From positions 186,813 through 250,812 of the forward strand of contig NW_003314343.1 in the NCBI RefSeq assembly GCF_000143415.4: DNA of 64,000 nucleotides, read 5' to 3'. The notes below the pieces were generated by a model that saw only the letters and a program-made list of their open reading frames with translations, did no database searches and was not told the DNA's origin. The position numbers were made by a program, and so were the translations under genes. Positions 22,174 to 35,967 of the stretch are shown piece by piece. Position 1 is the first letter of the stretch. Every line of letters begins with the position of its first letter. The DNA is from Selaginella moellendorffii (lineage: Eukaryota > Plantae > Lycopodiophyta).

Positions 22174-25100
22174 CAACGTGAGCTACGTGCTGAAGCATAT
22201 AGTGGCCTCTCAGATTTCGTAAAAAACAGAGCCGAACAGCAAGGGGTACGTGCTGGAAAACTAATAATACTTCCATCCTCATTCACTGGAGGCCCGCGAC
22301 AGATGAATCAGAAATACCAGGATGCCATGAGCCTTGTAAGGAAGTATGGAAAACCTGATTTGTTCATAACATTCACCTGCAATCCTAAATGGAAAGAGAT
22401 CACTAAAAACCTTCTACCTGGACAAACAACTGCAGACAGACCTGACTTGATTGCACGTGTATTCCATATCAAGAAACAAGAACTCATAGATGACATTTAC
22501 AAACAAGAAATATTTGGCCAGGTCAATGCTTATGTCTATGTGATTGAATTCCAGAAAAGAGGACTGCCACACTGTCATATTTTGTGATCCTTGGTAAAGA
22601 TAATAAAATCAGAACTATCGACAACATAGACAATATAGTTACCGCCGAAATACCAGATGCCAGAATACACCCAGAATTATATGAATTGGTTAAAAAGCAC
22701 ATGATACATGGCCCTTGTGGGCCTGAATTTGCAGACAGCCCATGCACGAAGGATGGTGAATGTAAGTCATGCTACCCAAGAGATTACTGTGAAGAAACAC
22801 AGAATGTCCATGGTCAGTTTCCAGAGTATAGAAGGTGCCAAGGACATACAGTCCTAATAAAGAATAAACCCATTGACAACAGGTTTGTTATGCCATACAA
22901 CAAGTACCTCTTACGTAAATACAGAGACACATAAATGTCGAGGTGTGTTCCACTGTAAAAAGTGTCAAATTCAAATACATATACAAGGGACATGATTGTG
23001 TGGAGGTACGCCTTCGAAGGGATGAGAACTCAACATCTGAACAAGTACTAGACTGGGACAAAATAGAGGCTTTCAGAAACTGCTGCTATGTCTCCGCATC
23101 AGAAGGATCTATGGATATGACTTACATGGGAGATCACATTCTATTGAGAGACTGGACATCCACCTGGAAAACCTTCAAAATATTTATTTCAATGATGGTG
23201 AGGAAGAGATTGCATTACAAAGAGGCCGTAAAACCAAATTGACAAAATGGTTTGAACTAAACAAGATTGATGAATTTACAAGGACACTCTTGTACCATGA
23301 GATTCCTGAGTGGTATACATGGAATTCAAGAAACAGAATGTGGACACCACGCCAACGTGCATTCAAGGTGGTCGGTAGAATGTTAGCACACTAACCATAA
23401 ATTTTTGAAATGAATATGCTAAAAAATTTAAACTTTAAAGATTACTCTAATATTTGTTCCTATCACCGCATGACTTTGAACGTTTCTACCTACGTATGAT
23501 CTTGCTCTACAAAAAAGGTGCTACAAGTTTTAGTGATTTAAAGGTATTAAACGGTGTTGCATATGACACATACTGTTCTACCGCACAAGAAATGGGACTT
23601 CTACAGGATGATTGTGAGTGGGAGAAATGTTTAGACATTTCAGATGCCTGCAAAAGTAAGGTATCTATTCAGTGTCATGTGTTTATTTTGCGAGCTCATT
23701 GATCCCAAAAAACTATGGGATAAAGTCAAGGAAGGCATGTGTGAAGACTTGGTCCAAAATCACAACAACTATGAAGCAGCAATGCAACATGGATTGCATG
23801 AAATGTCAATATTACTCCAGGAACATGGCAAGAAACTGTCTGACTACGAGTTACCAGATTCAGAGTTTATAGGAGATAATGAAACAACAACTGAAATAAG
23901 CTGTGTGCCATGCACACCTGACGAAGTTGAATTACTAAAAACGAAATTGAACATGGAATAGCTTCACATATTTAACAACGTCTTAAATGCAATACAAAAC
24001 AAAAAAGAAACAAGCAGATTATTCTTTGTTGATGGTGTGGGAGGCACAGGGAAATCATACCTTTTTAACATGTTGATAAACCATGTCACTGCTTATGGCA
24101 TGAAAGTCTTAGCAGTCATGTGGACAGGAATAGCGAGTACTCTTCTTGTAGGAGGCTGAACGGCTCATTCAACATTTAAGCTTCCAGTAATCACAGAAAC
24201 ATGCACCTTGGACCTACGAGAGAATTTAGCACCTGCCGAGGTCATAAGAAGAGCTGACCTGCTCATATGGGACGAAATAAGCATGGTACCTGTTCACGCT
24301 TTTAAAGCTGTTGAGAGGGTCTTGCGTGACATAAAAAACTGTGATACAGAATTCGGTGGCATCACATTAGTAACAGGAGGAGATTTAAGACAGACATTTT
24401 CTGTTCTAAAAAGAGCCTGTTGCACACAAATTATCCAAAACAATGTGAAATCCTCACCAATATGGTGGAAACTTGTAAAGTTCTCATTACATACAAACAT
24501 GAGGGTGAACTCTGAAGAAAAGGAATGGTCTAGATGCCTTGTGAAGCTCAGAAATGGTAACCTACCTAGCCTCCAAGGATTCAACCAAGAGATTATAAAA
24601 TTACCTCTAACATTGACATCCAGAGAACAAATGATAGATAATGTGTTTGGATAGCATATACAACCAAATGACCCAAACCTATTGCAGAAAGCTATTCTCA
24701 TGACTTTAAATGATCTCTCTCTAAAAATGAACGACCAAGTTCTTTCGAGAATGACCAGCAGAACAATAACATACAGAAGCATTGACATTGTAGAAACAGA
24801 TTTGGAAGAAGAAATGTTGGACTATCCTGTAGAATTCTTAAACTCAGTAACACCATCTGGAATGCCTCCACAAAAGTTACAGATAAAAATCGGATGTATT
24901 GTAATGTTGTTATGCAACATTGACACTAAAAAAGGCCTCTGTAATGGCACTAAACTAATTATAACCAAGGCACTACCAAATGTTATAGAAGCTGGAATTT
25001 TACATAATGGTATGCAAGGAAAAAAAGTCCTCCTACCAAGAATCTCTTTAAAACCAACTGACGGAGACATGCCATTTATCCTCAAACGACGGCAATTCTC

Positions 25101-25332
25101 AATAAGGCTTGCGTTCTCCATAACAATTTGCAAATCTCAGGGAAAAACATTACAGAATGTGGGTATCTACTTGCCAAGACCTGTTTTTGGCCATGGTCAA
25201 CTTTATGTTGCACTTTCAAGGGGAACATCAAAGAAACAAATTACAATGTCTATTGAACAGTGTGAAGGAGAAGGTGTGCTCCAGAACCATAATGTCTATA
25301 TGAAAAACATTGTTTACAAAGAAATTCTCTAA
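22174..25332 (+). pseudogene. Helitron Rep/PIF1 helicase, N-terminally truncated with multiple frameshifts and stops
   Basis: ILPSSFTGGPR, YQDAM..GKPDLFITFTCNP, VIEFQKRGLPHCH (HUH), HGPCG, DGVGGTGKS, LIWDEISM, GGDLRQ, GLCNGT, KSQG.T, FGHGQLYVALSR, KNIVYKEIL*. Confidence 0.95.
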
Positions 25333-25578
25333 GATTCATGTCACCAATGTAATAGATGTCCTATCTATACCAGCAGAGCTGGATTTCCTGCTAGTTAATT
25401 ATATAAATGAGTCCATTATATGCTCTGGATATCCACTATGGTCTACGATATTAAGGTCGTATGGTAAATTAATCTAGTCAACTTTCGAGGGTGTGAAACC
25501 CTTGTTTGCCCTTTAGCTATGGGACTGCGAATTCGATCCAAGAAATTGTCTCCTCCTTTGCAAGAGAACCAAAATTCC

Positions 25579-27252
25579 ATGGCGGAGGATCCGGAGAATG
25601 AAGAGCCAGTGAGTCCCGTTGGAAGAATGCTCATCCAGCCTCGACTTCATTGCACCATTCTCTGCATCATCGGCTTCCAAGACACAGTCAGCGTCCCTGG
25701 AATCAAGAGCAAGCTCCTCCAAACCTTTGCCAAGCACAAAAGATTCAGTAGCATCATGGTATGTTCATCTTCCCTCGCTTCAATCTCTTAACGCCTCTCT
25801 TTCTTGGGTTCACAGCAACTCGATGGCTCTGGACGCGAGAAATGGGTTAAACTCGAGTCAACATAGAGGAGCACGTCATTGTTGCAAATCTCTTACCAGA
25901 GGCCCAGAAGTCTGCTTCGCCGGTTGAGGACTATGCCGCTGCTCTGGCCGTCGCTCCACCGCTCGATCCAAGAAAGCCACTCTGGGAGGTCCACATACTC
26001 AACGTCCCGTCGTCGGATTCAGCTGCCAGTTGCATTCTAAGAGTCCACCACTCGCTCGGCGACGGCATCTCTCTGGTTTCCCTGCTTGTAGCAACACTCA
26101 GAAGTGTGAGCGATCCAGAAAATCTGCCAAGCATGCCACTCCCACCTCGAAAGCAGCACCCGAAAGGGTTCTTCGCGGGACTCTGGTTTGTCCTCTGGAC
26201 AGTGCTTGCTACGCTGTGGTACACAGTAACCGAGGTTGGGAGATTTGCAGCAGTCACTTTGTTCTCCAAGGACAGTTCCACGCCAATTAAAGGGTCTCCT
26301 GGAGTCGAGCGCATGCCTAAAAGAATTGCATCCACGGAGATATCACTGGACGACATGAAAACTGTAAAGAAAGCTGTGAATGGGGTACGTTACCTGAACA
26401 CCCTCTGACTGACTTGGATGTTGGATTCTTTTTCCTTGTCGCAGACGATCAACGACGTCATGCTCGGATTTGTTTCAGCAGGGATCGCGAGCTACCTGCG
26501 TGAAAAATCGCCAAAACAAACTTTTGAAAGCCATCGCATGCATGCAACGGCATTAGTAAACATAAGAAAATCCCCAGGCTTACAGGCAAGTGTAGAATTC
26601 TTTCAAGCATGGCCCTCACCGTGTTTTTTTCGTTGTTGTCACAGGAGATAGCAGACATGATGGAGGGATCATCCAAAGCACGCTGGGGAAACCAGATTGG
26701 TTATTTGGTCATTCCCATTCCACTGAAAGAGCACACTGATCCACTCGAGCATGTCCGGTCTGCAAAGAAAATCAGCACTAGGAAAAAGCTATCACTAGAG
26801 GCTCCATTTACCTATGCAGCCGGCTCCTTGACGATGAAACTTTGTGGACCAAAGGTCAGTCGTATGTCTTCGTCGTCCTGCAAGATTCAAGTTATGTCAC
26901 TCGCAGATCACAGCGGATGTCACATACAAAACGCTAGCAAATACAACTTTCTCGATCTCAAACGTCGTGGGACCTCTCGAACCGATGATGCTCGACGGCA
27001 ACCCAATCACCAGCATCGTTCCTACAGTCGTCGGACAGCCTCAGGTAAGCTCTCTTTGACGAGGATCGACTAAACCATGTTTTTTTTTTTTTTTATCAGT
27101 CACTCTTCATGCATCTCCAAAGCTACGCTGGAAAAGTAAAACTAGTGGCCACTGCCGCCAAAGACATCATACCAGATCCTCAAAACTTGCTACAGCACTG
27201 CAAAGATGCGCTAGAAAGGATGAAACAAGCAGCAATCACAGCAAAAGAGTGA
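25579..27252 (+). CDS. Wax ester synthase/diacylglycerol acyltransferase (WSD1-like); apparent 1-bp frameshift near 25850
   Basis: EEPVSPVGR, PLWEVHIL, RVHHSLGDG catalytic motif, TINDV, RWGNQIG, ISNVVGP; spliced. Alternative ATG at 25519. Confidence 0.88.
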
Positions 27253-27341
27253 CATCTTAGAAAAAAGCAAGAACACAAAAGGACTTATTAAACATTGTTC
27301 AAAGAGGTCGAAAGGAACAGCCATTGCTGGCTGCTCCTCCG

Positions 27342-27588
27342 CTACCCTTCTATCTTTCCAGTGCCGTGAGCAAGATCGTAGATTCCGCGCGCCTGGATAT
27401 CGAGAAATAAGGGCGAAATCTGAGAGAAAAGAGGGGCATACCGTGTAGAATCCCGTGAAGAGCATGAGAGCGCCCGGGATGAAGACCGCAAAGATGCGAT
27501 CGTATGGCATCTTCAAATGCACCAGCTTGTCCACGCTCTGGAGGTAGCGCTGCTTTTCCCTCACGCGACGAATCTTGTCCGCGTTCAT
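27342..27588 (-). CDS. Cytochrome c oxidase subunit VIIa-like small protein (2 exons)
   Basis: EKQRYLQS...HLKMPYDRI...IPGALM | intron 27393-27441 | ARGIYDLAHGTGKIEG*, resembling the plant COX VIIa family. Confidence 0.8.
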
Positions 27589-27687
27589 GGCGCCTTCTCC
27601 TCGCTCAAAGCCCTAGAAATATCGATCCCCAAGAACCCTAAATAAAAGATATCAATGGCATAGTGCTGAGCGCCATTCGCGATTCCA

Positions 27688-28587
27688 ATGGCGGAGATTT
27701 TGCAATGCGCGAGCTTGGGCCGGCATTTCCAGGTAGAGCGCTCCTCTCTCGCACAGCAACGGTGTGGATTTCCAGCTTCTTCGTCTCGGCCGGCATTTGG
27801 TGGCTCGTTGGGCTTGGCGAGGAGGAGGAATGGATTGAGCACGGTGTGCATGGCTCATCCCAGGAGAATTAAAATGGTAGCACAGCAGATTAGAAGGGAG
27901 GTCGGGGAGATGCTCATCAAAGACAAAGTTTTGATGCAAGCCATTCTTCCGGAAGCGGCTCTCGGTGCTGACCTGTATCTCTCCTCCGTGACGACTATCA
28001 GTGATGTAGAAATCTCGCGGGACTTGCAAGTAAGTTCTCACATTTTTTTCAATGCTTTCTAGCCGGACTTCTTTCCAAGTTTTTACTCTTCCACTCTTCC
28101 AGTTTTTCCTCTTTCAACCTTGTCTTCATTGTTTCCTTTGGGCTTGAGCGCTTCCTTTTTGTTTTGTTTCTTTGAGTATCTTGGCCGACTCATAGTTTTC
28201 GGTTTTCTTACGAACGGTTCTCGTCAGGTGGCCAAGATCTATATCTCCGTGTTTGGCGACGAGCGAGGCAAAGAGATTGCGATAGAAGGTCTCAAGTCTC
28301 GAGAGAAATACGTGCGAATGCAGCTCGGGAAACGCATGAAGCTGAGGCTAACTCCCGAGGTTCGTTTCATCGCGGACGATTCGTTCGAGAGGGGTGCCAG
28401 GGTACGTTACAAAACTTCCACGCTCTCTCGCGCTTATCAAGTGCTTGGTTTGCAGGTGATTAAACTCCTGGATAGACTGAAAGAGGAAGCGGAGAGAAAA
28501 GAGCGCGGCGAAACTATCCCCGACCGCTCCGACGACGAAGACAGTGACTTTGACGACGATGATGAAGAGATCATCTTCGTGGAGTAG
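27688..28587 (+). CDS. rbfA: Plastid ribosome-binding factor A (3 exons)
   Basis: Transit peptide, then MAHPRRIKMVAQQIRRE, DVEISRDLQVAKIYISV, MKLRLTPEVRFIADDSFERG. Confidence 0.93.
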
Positions 28588-29090
28588 CAAAGCAAGATTC
28601 GTGCGAATTCTTAGTGAGATCGACGACGAAGAGATCATCTTCGTGGAGCAAGGATCAATCGACATCGTGTCAAGCGATTGGTTTGTTGGTTTCGTCTCTT
28701 CTACTTTGCGATCGTGTCACGCAGCTGTGGGGCTTGATCAAAAGGAAGAATCGATTCGAATAATTTGGACAAGACCATAGAACGTGCGTTAAGAACAACT
28801 CATGGTCAAGTGAGTGGAAGAACAATTTTAAAGAGCTTTGGATGGAGTACGACAAAAAAGGCCATGCCACACCATGGCGTACGAACGAATGGGTCAGAAT
28901 CGACGGTCCCTCTTGTTCCCTAGCCTAGGGCAAATATTTCTCGACATCGACTTGGACGCCTGCATTGGCGCCTTTGTCGCGATCGAGCGTCATTGTCGGT
29001 GGTCCTTGGCGCTTTTCCCCTGCGATTCAGCGCTGATGTCTGAGGTGATGGCAATGGATGTGCTTGTGATCGCGCACTGAGCTCAATAAG

Positions 29091-32000
29091 ATGGATCGCT
29101 CGTCTGAATCGGTGTTGCAAGGTAGTAGAGCGACAATGCCGCTGGATTGCATCGCGGAGGACGATATTCCGCAGGCATCTGTGCCTGTGCCATGCTCTCC
29201 TCGCAGATTTCCGTCGCTTCCCAAGGCACTGGAGCAGGTATCGAGAAATTTGCCAAAGAAGGGATTCCGCTCCTTCTCCCACACCGGAATTTACTATCCC
29301 AAGCGGAGCCTGCCCGAAGAGCTCGATGCCGATGTCAAGTGCGTTCCAAAATTCTCCGCGCTTGCGTTTGGAAAATCCAAGATGGAGCTCGCTGCAAGCC
29401 AAGAGGCTCAAGAAGTGTCTACGAGCGAGGTAAAATCCTAGAGAAATCCTAGGAGGAGTTTTACATGGTTTTGGATTTGTGTGTTTGGCAGAATGTGCTT
29501 CCCAGGGCGTGTCGTATCAGAGTAAACATTGTCGCCGTCAAAAATCTCAAAAGAAGAGTACGCGATGTCGACGTCAAGGTGGCTGGACTCAAGCTAAAAG
29601 TGGAGAACCAGTCGAGACATTCTAAGCAGGTACACAAGCTTAAATCCCAGTGAGATCTGAGAGCTTGGTTTGCCATAGATATCCCCAGCGTCTGAGAACA
29701 CTTTAGCGAGCTTGTGTAGTTGTCCGTTTGAGAGGTATTTCGTCGAATGCACAGAAAAGAATGTGTGATTCACTTGATCATAATAGCGTGGACTAGGTTG
29801 CTACGCTGGAGTGGATCGCCAGGTGCGGTCAGGCAAGAGAAACAGGTCTTGTCCCACATTCGCGAGCAACATTTCCTCTTTTTTCTTTCCTCTGCTACCT
29901 GACCGCTTCTCTGTCTTGGGCTTCTCTCAGATTCGGGTCGGAGCGATCGAGCAAGATGGATCCGTTAAAGTTAACCAGAGCTTCACTTTTGACATCAAGG
30001 ATCCAAATGTACAATTTTTGCAGCTTTGCAAGTATTTTCCTACTGACGAGTTTGGGTGGTTGGACAGAATGCAGTTCTGCTGTTACACGTTGTTTCTAAG
30101 ACACGTTTTGGTGGAGAAGACTCGCTTGGGATTTCTACGGAAGTTCGTGTTGCTGATCTTCTCGATAAAAAGGGAGGTCTGATCTTTTCTCCTTGTGCCA
30201 CCTTATTGCTCTGTTTCATTTCAGGTGGTCAAGATGGAAAAACCAAGTGGTATGATCTTTTTTCAAAGACTGGGAAGAGACTAATGCCGGGGAAGGTGAT
30301 CAGTCTGTTTGCTTGACTTTTAAAAATGTTCGTTGTTGTCGTGTATTTGCAGGTTTTAATGGACATAGTTGCAGGAATAGCTGAACCGGAGCATGATATC
30401 AGTGTTTTCTTGGGTACATGGAATGTAGGAAACGCAAGACCGGTATGTCAGCTATAATTCTGGGCCAATTTGCTGATCTTTGGCAGCTCAGGCTGTGGAT
30501 TTGTCATCGTGGCTTCCTACAAAGAGCGAGCACGAGCTGCTAGTTATTGGTGCGCAGGTAGAAAAGTCTTTGTATGTTCCTGAGGACTGCATAACGCCAT
30601 TATTTATTTCAAGGAATGCGATTATCCGCCTCGACCACCTTTCTCGGACTGTGCCAAAGACTGGATAAACAGTGTAAAGTATGTTGTGCTTAACATGCGC
30701 GTAATGTAGGATTTTATTTTTTCTCTGAAAGAATTTGCAGTTACATGCAGGTCTTGCATAGGCCAAAGATACAAACTTGTTTGTGCTGTGTCACGAAGCC
30801 AGATCCGTTTGGCGGCGTTTGTGCGAGATGATGCCGAGGTAACTTTTTGTTTTCTACACAAGTGTTCTAGATTCGCTGTGCAGAAAGCCATATCGGAGAT
30901 GGATAGTGGAAGTGAAGCCACAGGAGTGGGCCATGTCGTGGCAAATAAAGGCGCGGTATGCATTGCTTTTAAGGTAACAATTCCTTATATTTTGGTCTGT
31001 GAATGATCCTGTGCTCGTTCTTTCAGTTTTGGGATACGGATTTGTGCTTTGTAAACTCACATCTAGCTGCACACATGGGATATTGTGACGTGCGAAACGG
31101 CAATTACCGAGGTTCAGTAGGACGCTAATTTATATACTATAATGTAACTGAAATTCTGATCTGCAGAGATTGTCGAGAATCTGAGCATTGGCTATCAAGG
31201 AATGGACATTTTAAGTAAATTTCATCATGTTTTCTGGATGGGGGATTTGAACTATCGTCTAGATTTTGAAAATGTCGAAGAGAGAACAGTTTCACCGGAG
31301 TGAGTAATGAACATGGTAATGCTTATTTTGACGTTTTGGAGCAGGAAAGGCGTCTGGCAAAATGTTGTCGATCAAATCAATGCTGGCAATTACAAGGAGC
31401 TCTTGGATCACGACGAGGTTTTGTTTGTTTCACATGTCCTTGGACTTCATATTGTGATTATCTCAGTTGACAAGAGAGATTGCAGCGTCAAGGGCTTTTC
31501 ATGGATTCAAGGAAGGGAACATTGGTTTTGCTCCAACATTCAAGGTATAGATGCTTATCCGAAAACTAGGCTTCTTATCACGTTTATTGCAGATGATTCG
31601 GGACACTTTATCTTCATACAATGAGAAACGTCTCCCAGCATGGTGCGATCGTATTTTGTGCCGGTCATTTGATGGGTGCTACATGAGACCAACTTCTTAT
31701 TTTTCAGCGCCTGAAATCTGTACTAGGTACCTCTTCATACGTTAACATTCCAGACACTAAAACTGATAAACTCATGGTAGTGATCACAAGCCAGTGGGGG
31801 CAACCGTGTCACTTACAGCATATGCGCTTCCTTGCTTGAACTTCGATGCTGACGGGAGAAAATGGCACATACTTGTAAGTTTCATTTAACGCGTTAGACG
31901 TACCGAGCTTGGTGCTTTCGTGCCAGCTTACTTCACTGGAGGCTCAAGGATTGCGGTCGTCAGATATAAACGGTTTTTCAGACCCGTAAGTGGTGTTGCT

Positions 32001-32580
32001 TCTTTCACTCAACTTCTCCCAGGTACGTGTCTTTTGGAGGTGCAAACCTGGTGAGCGAGTTTCACTCCAAAGTCAAATATCGAACACTGAATCCAGTATG
32101 GGATCCTGCGAAGGTAGCTTTTCCTCTAGCTGATTCTTTCAATGACTACAACTCGTATTTGCATCTGCCAAGGACCTGCCTAAGCTAGTTGTCACTGCAA
32201 GCTCCCTTCACCGGCTGGAGCACGAATATTTGATGTGCCATGTTCTTGACTATGACTTCACTTCGACTAACGACACTCTTGGTAAGGCCAGCCCCGTCCC
32301 ATTCTTCAGGATGATTGGATAGCATTCTTTAGGATTCGGAGCAATTCCGCTCAATGGTGTCGTTGCTGCATTCAAGCGAAGTCCGGACGAAGTTGCTCAG
32401 TTTAAGATCGAGCTGCTGCACCGCGGCCTTCCCGCTGGCATCCTCAAAGGTGGGATGAAGCTAACGTGGGAGAAGAGCTTGGTCAAGCAAAAAACTTCTC
32501 TCGCCGATAGCTTGATTGTGCGGACTTTGACACTACGGAAGAGTTTCAAGAAGACGTTCTTCGCTAGAGAACACTTCTAG
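29091..32580 (+). CDS. Inositol polyphosphate 5-phosphatase with flanking C2-like domains (many exons)
   Basis: FLGTWNVGN, GVGHVVANKGAV, FWMGDLNYRL, PAWCDRIL, SDHKPV. C-terminal C2 motifs SDINGFSDPYV, TLNPVWD, VLDYDF..NDTLG. N-terminal RIRVNIVAVKNL...KWYDL is C2-like. Confidence 0.87.
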
Positions 32581-32813
32581 TGAGCCATGAACGACGGGTG
32601 GGTTGGATCTTCTTTTTCATTCATTTGGTATGATCTGTTTGAATCGTTAATGTTGTGTTTTTAGGCTTTACGAGGTAGTTACTGTAAAGGGTCTCATTTT
32701 CTTGGCGTGGCCTGGAGTCTTCTGCGCGACAACGAGCAAGGTATGGCGACATTCCTCCAACCCATCTAGCTAGTTTGATCTCTCCTCTTTTTTATTTTCT
32801 TCAGTTGGTAGTG

Positions 32814-33833
32814 ATGGATGAATCTCCTCCCGAGTCGTCGTCCCGGGTAATCAAGCTCAAGGGGCTGTTCGGGCTTTTGATCGACACCCAAGACGAGACA
32901 GTGATCCGGCCCTCGACGATGCCGTTCCCTCACCTCCAAGCCAATCCCAACTTTGTGGATGGCGTAGCTTCCAGGGACGTGGTCATAAGCGACAGTCCCT
33001 CCATCTGGGCCCGGGTGTTCCTCCCCGAGAAGGCCAGCCTCGTCCGCGATGACAAAGCTTTCAAGAAAGTCCCAGTGATCCTCTACTTCCACGGCGGTGC
33101 CTTTGTGATCCTCAGCCCCGACATCGCTTTCTACCACCAGTACTGCGAGAAGGTCGCCAGAAAGACAAATGCGGTGGTGGTGTCGGTGGACTACAGGCTG
33201 ATCCCAGAGAATCGTCTTCCTGCTGCCTACGACGACGCCTTCACGGCTCTGAGCTGGTTGAAGACTCAGGCCACCGCTGGAAACGAGCTCGTCGACCCGT
33301 GGCTGGCGACGTACGCGGACTTTGGCAAGATCTTCCTTATGGGCGACAGTGCCGGAGCCAACATCGTCCACCATCTTTCAGTGCGAGCTTCTTCGAGTGA
33401 CTTGGAGCCGCTGGCGATCAGAGGACAGATTTTGGTGCAGCCGATGACAGGGGGCCCGGACAGGCTGCGCTCGGAGGTTGTGGGTGCTAAGAACGGATCA
33501 TTCTCCTTCCAGACCAACGACTGGTTGTGGAGACTGGCTCTTCCCAAAGGCTCCGACATGTCTCATCCGTATTGCAATCTCCCGGCGGCTGTTATGGAGC
33601 TGGCAAAGGTTCCTCTGCCTCCGGCTCTGGTGGTGCTGGGAGGAGTAGACTGGATGCACGATAGGCAGTTTGAGTACGTCGCTTCGTTGAGGAAGACCAA
33701 AAAGGAGGTGGAGCTTCTCGACTATGAGAAAGCTAAGCATGGCTTCTTCATCTACGATACCGAGGAGACAGGCAATTTCCTTCGAGCACTGGCTGGCTTC
33801 GTCACCAAGCGCTCCAGGGAGGCTAGAGCATGA
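32814..33833 (+). CDS. Carboxylesterase (CXE / hormone-sensitive-lipase-like alpha/beta hydrolase)
   Basis: YFHGGAF, SVDYRL.PE.RLPAAYDD, GDSAGANI, catalytic Asp (DWMHD) and His (HGF) all present. Confidence 0.93.
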   Translation: MDESPPESSSRVIKLKGLFGLLIDTQDETVIRPSTMPFPHLQANPNFVDGVASRDVVISDSPSIWARVFLPEKASLVRDDKAFKKVPVILYFHGGAFVILSPDIAFYHQYCEKVARKTNAVVVSVDYRLIPENRLPAAYDDAFTALSWLKTQATAGNELVDPWLATYADFGKIFLMGDSAGANIVHHLSVRASSSDLEPLAIRGQILVQPMTGGPDRLRSEVVGAKNGSFSFQTNDWLWRLALPKGSDMSHPYCNLPAAVMELAKVPLPPALVVLGGVDWMHDRQFEYVASLRKTKKEVELLDYEKAKHGFFIYDTEETGNFLRALAGFVTKRSREARA

Positions 33834-33892
33834 GTTAAAAGTTTACCAGTTAGATAGAAACGAGTTACCTCCCTTTTTTTTCAATCTTCCTT

Positions 33893-35318
<1,426 letters not shown>

Positions 35319-35967
35319 CCAAAAACCCTAAGCCCTAAACTTCTTTCCATGGTATCTTATCCCACGGATATTCGTATCGCCTTAAGCAGAGGAGCCCTAA
35401 ATTCGCCATAGCCAAGGGTTTGCGAGCGAGCACAGCAGGTAAGATCGCTCTACGATAGCAAAATCCAACCTTTTTCTTGTGGCAGCGCTGTTGTTGAGCG
35501 ATTTCGTCCGCCGCGCCTCTCGACTTCTTCTTTTTGTCGATTTTCCTGCCACTGCCGAAGGATTGAAAGGGTACTGCGCATCGTGTTTTTCATCTTTGCC
35601 GTGCCTGCGCCTTTGATTGCATCATCATTTTTCGAGTCATTCAAGCTGGTTCCTCACAGCAAAGGGGATTTTGTTTTCCATCTGAGATATGTGTCATTTT
35701 TGAGTGCCTGCCATGCGCACTTGTGCGTCGTTTCCTCGCCATGGTTTTTACCTCGCCCCTGTGGTCTGGCTTGAATTGCCTGGTCCTTCCCGGGTCCGGT
35801 GTAGAGGGCGGTTAAGTCTGTGTGAAACTCGCAGCCATTTTGGCTATTGCTGCTCTCGATACTCCAGAGACAAAGGTGGAGGCTGGTATCATTTAGTTAA
35901 GGGAAGCTAGCTTGTAGTTTTTTTTTTTCTTGTTCTTCGTGTTTCTGGTGACCACCGAAAGCGTGAG

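Larger units (their letters stand above)
19923..25394 (+). mobile_element. Helitron (defective) with captured gene fragments
   Basis: The 3' end has a hairpin CCAGCAGAGCTGG (25370-25382), then CTAG (25391-25394), then T. The candidate 5' end is A|TCCTTCTATATTTAAAAG at 19923 (less certain). It contains RepHel remnants. Confidence 0.8.

Noticed and set aside
32814-33833. GID1 gibberellin receptor
   Set aside because: It has GDSAG and retains the catalytic His, whereas GID1 has GDSSG and lacks that His; it also lacks the GID1 N-terminal lid.
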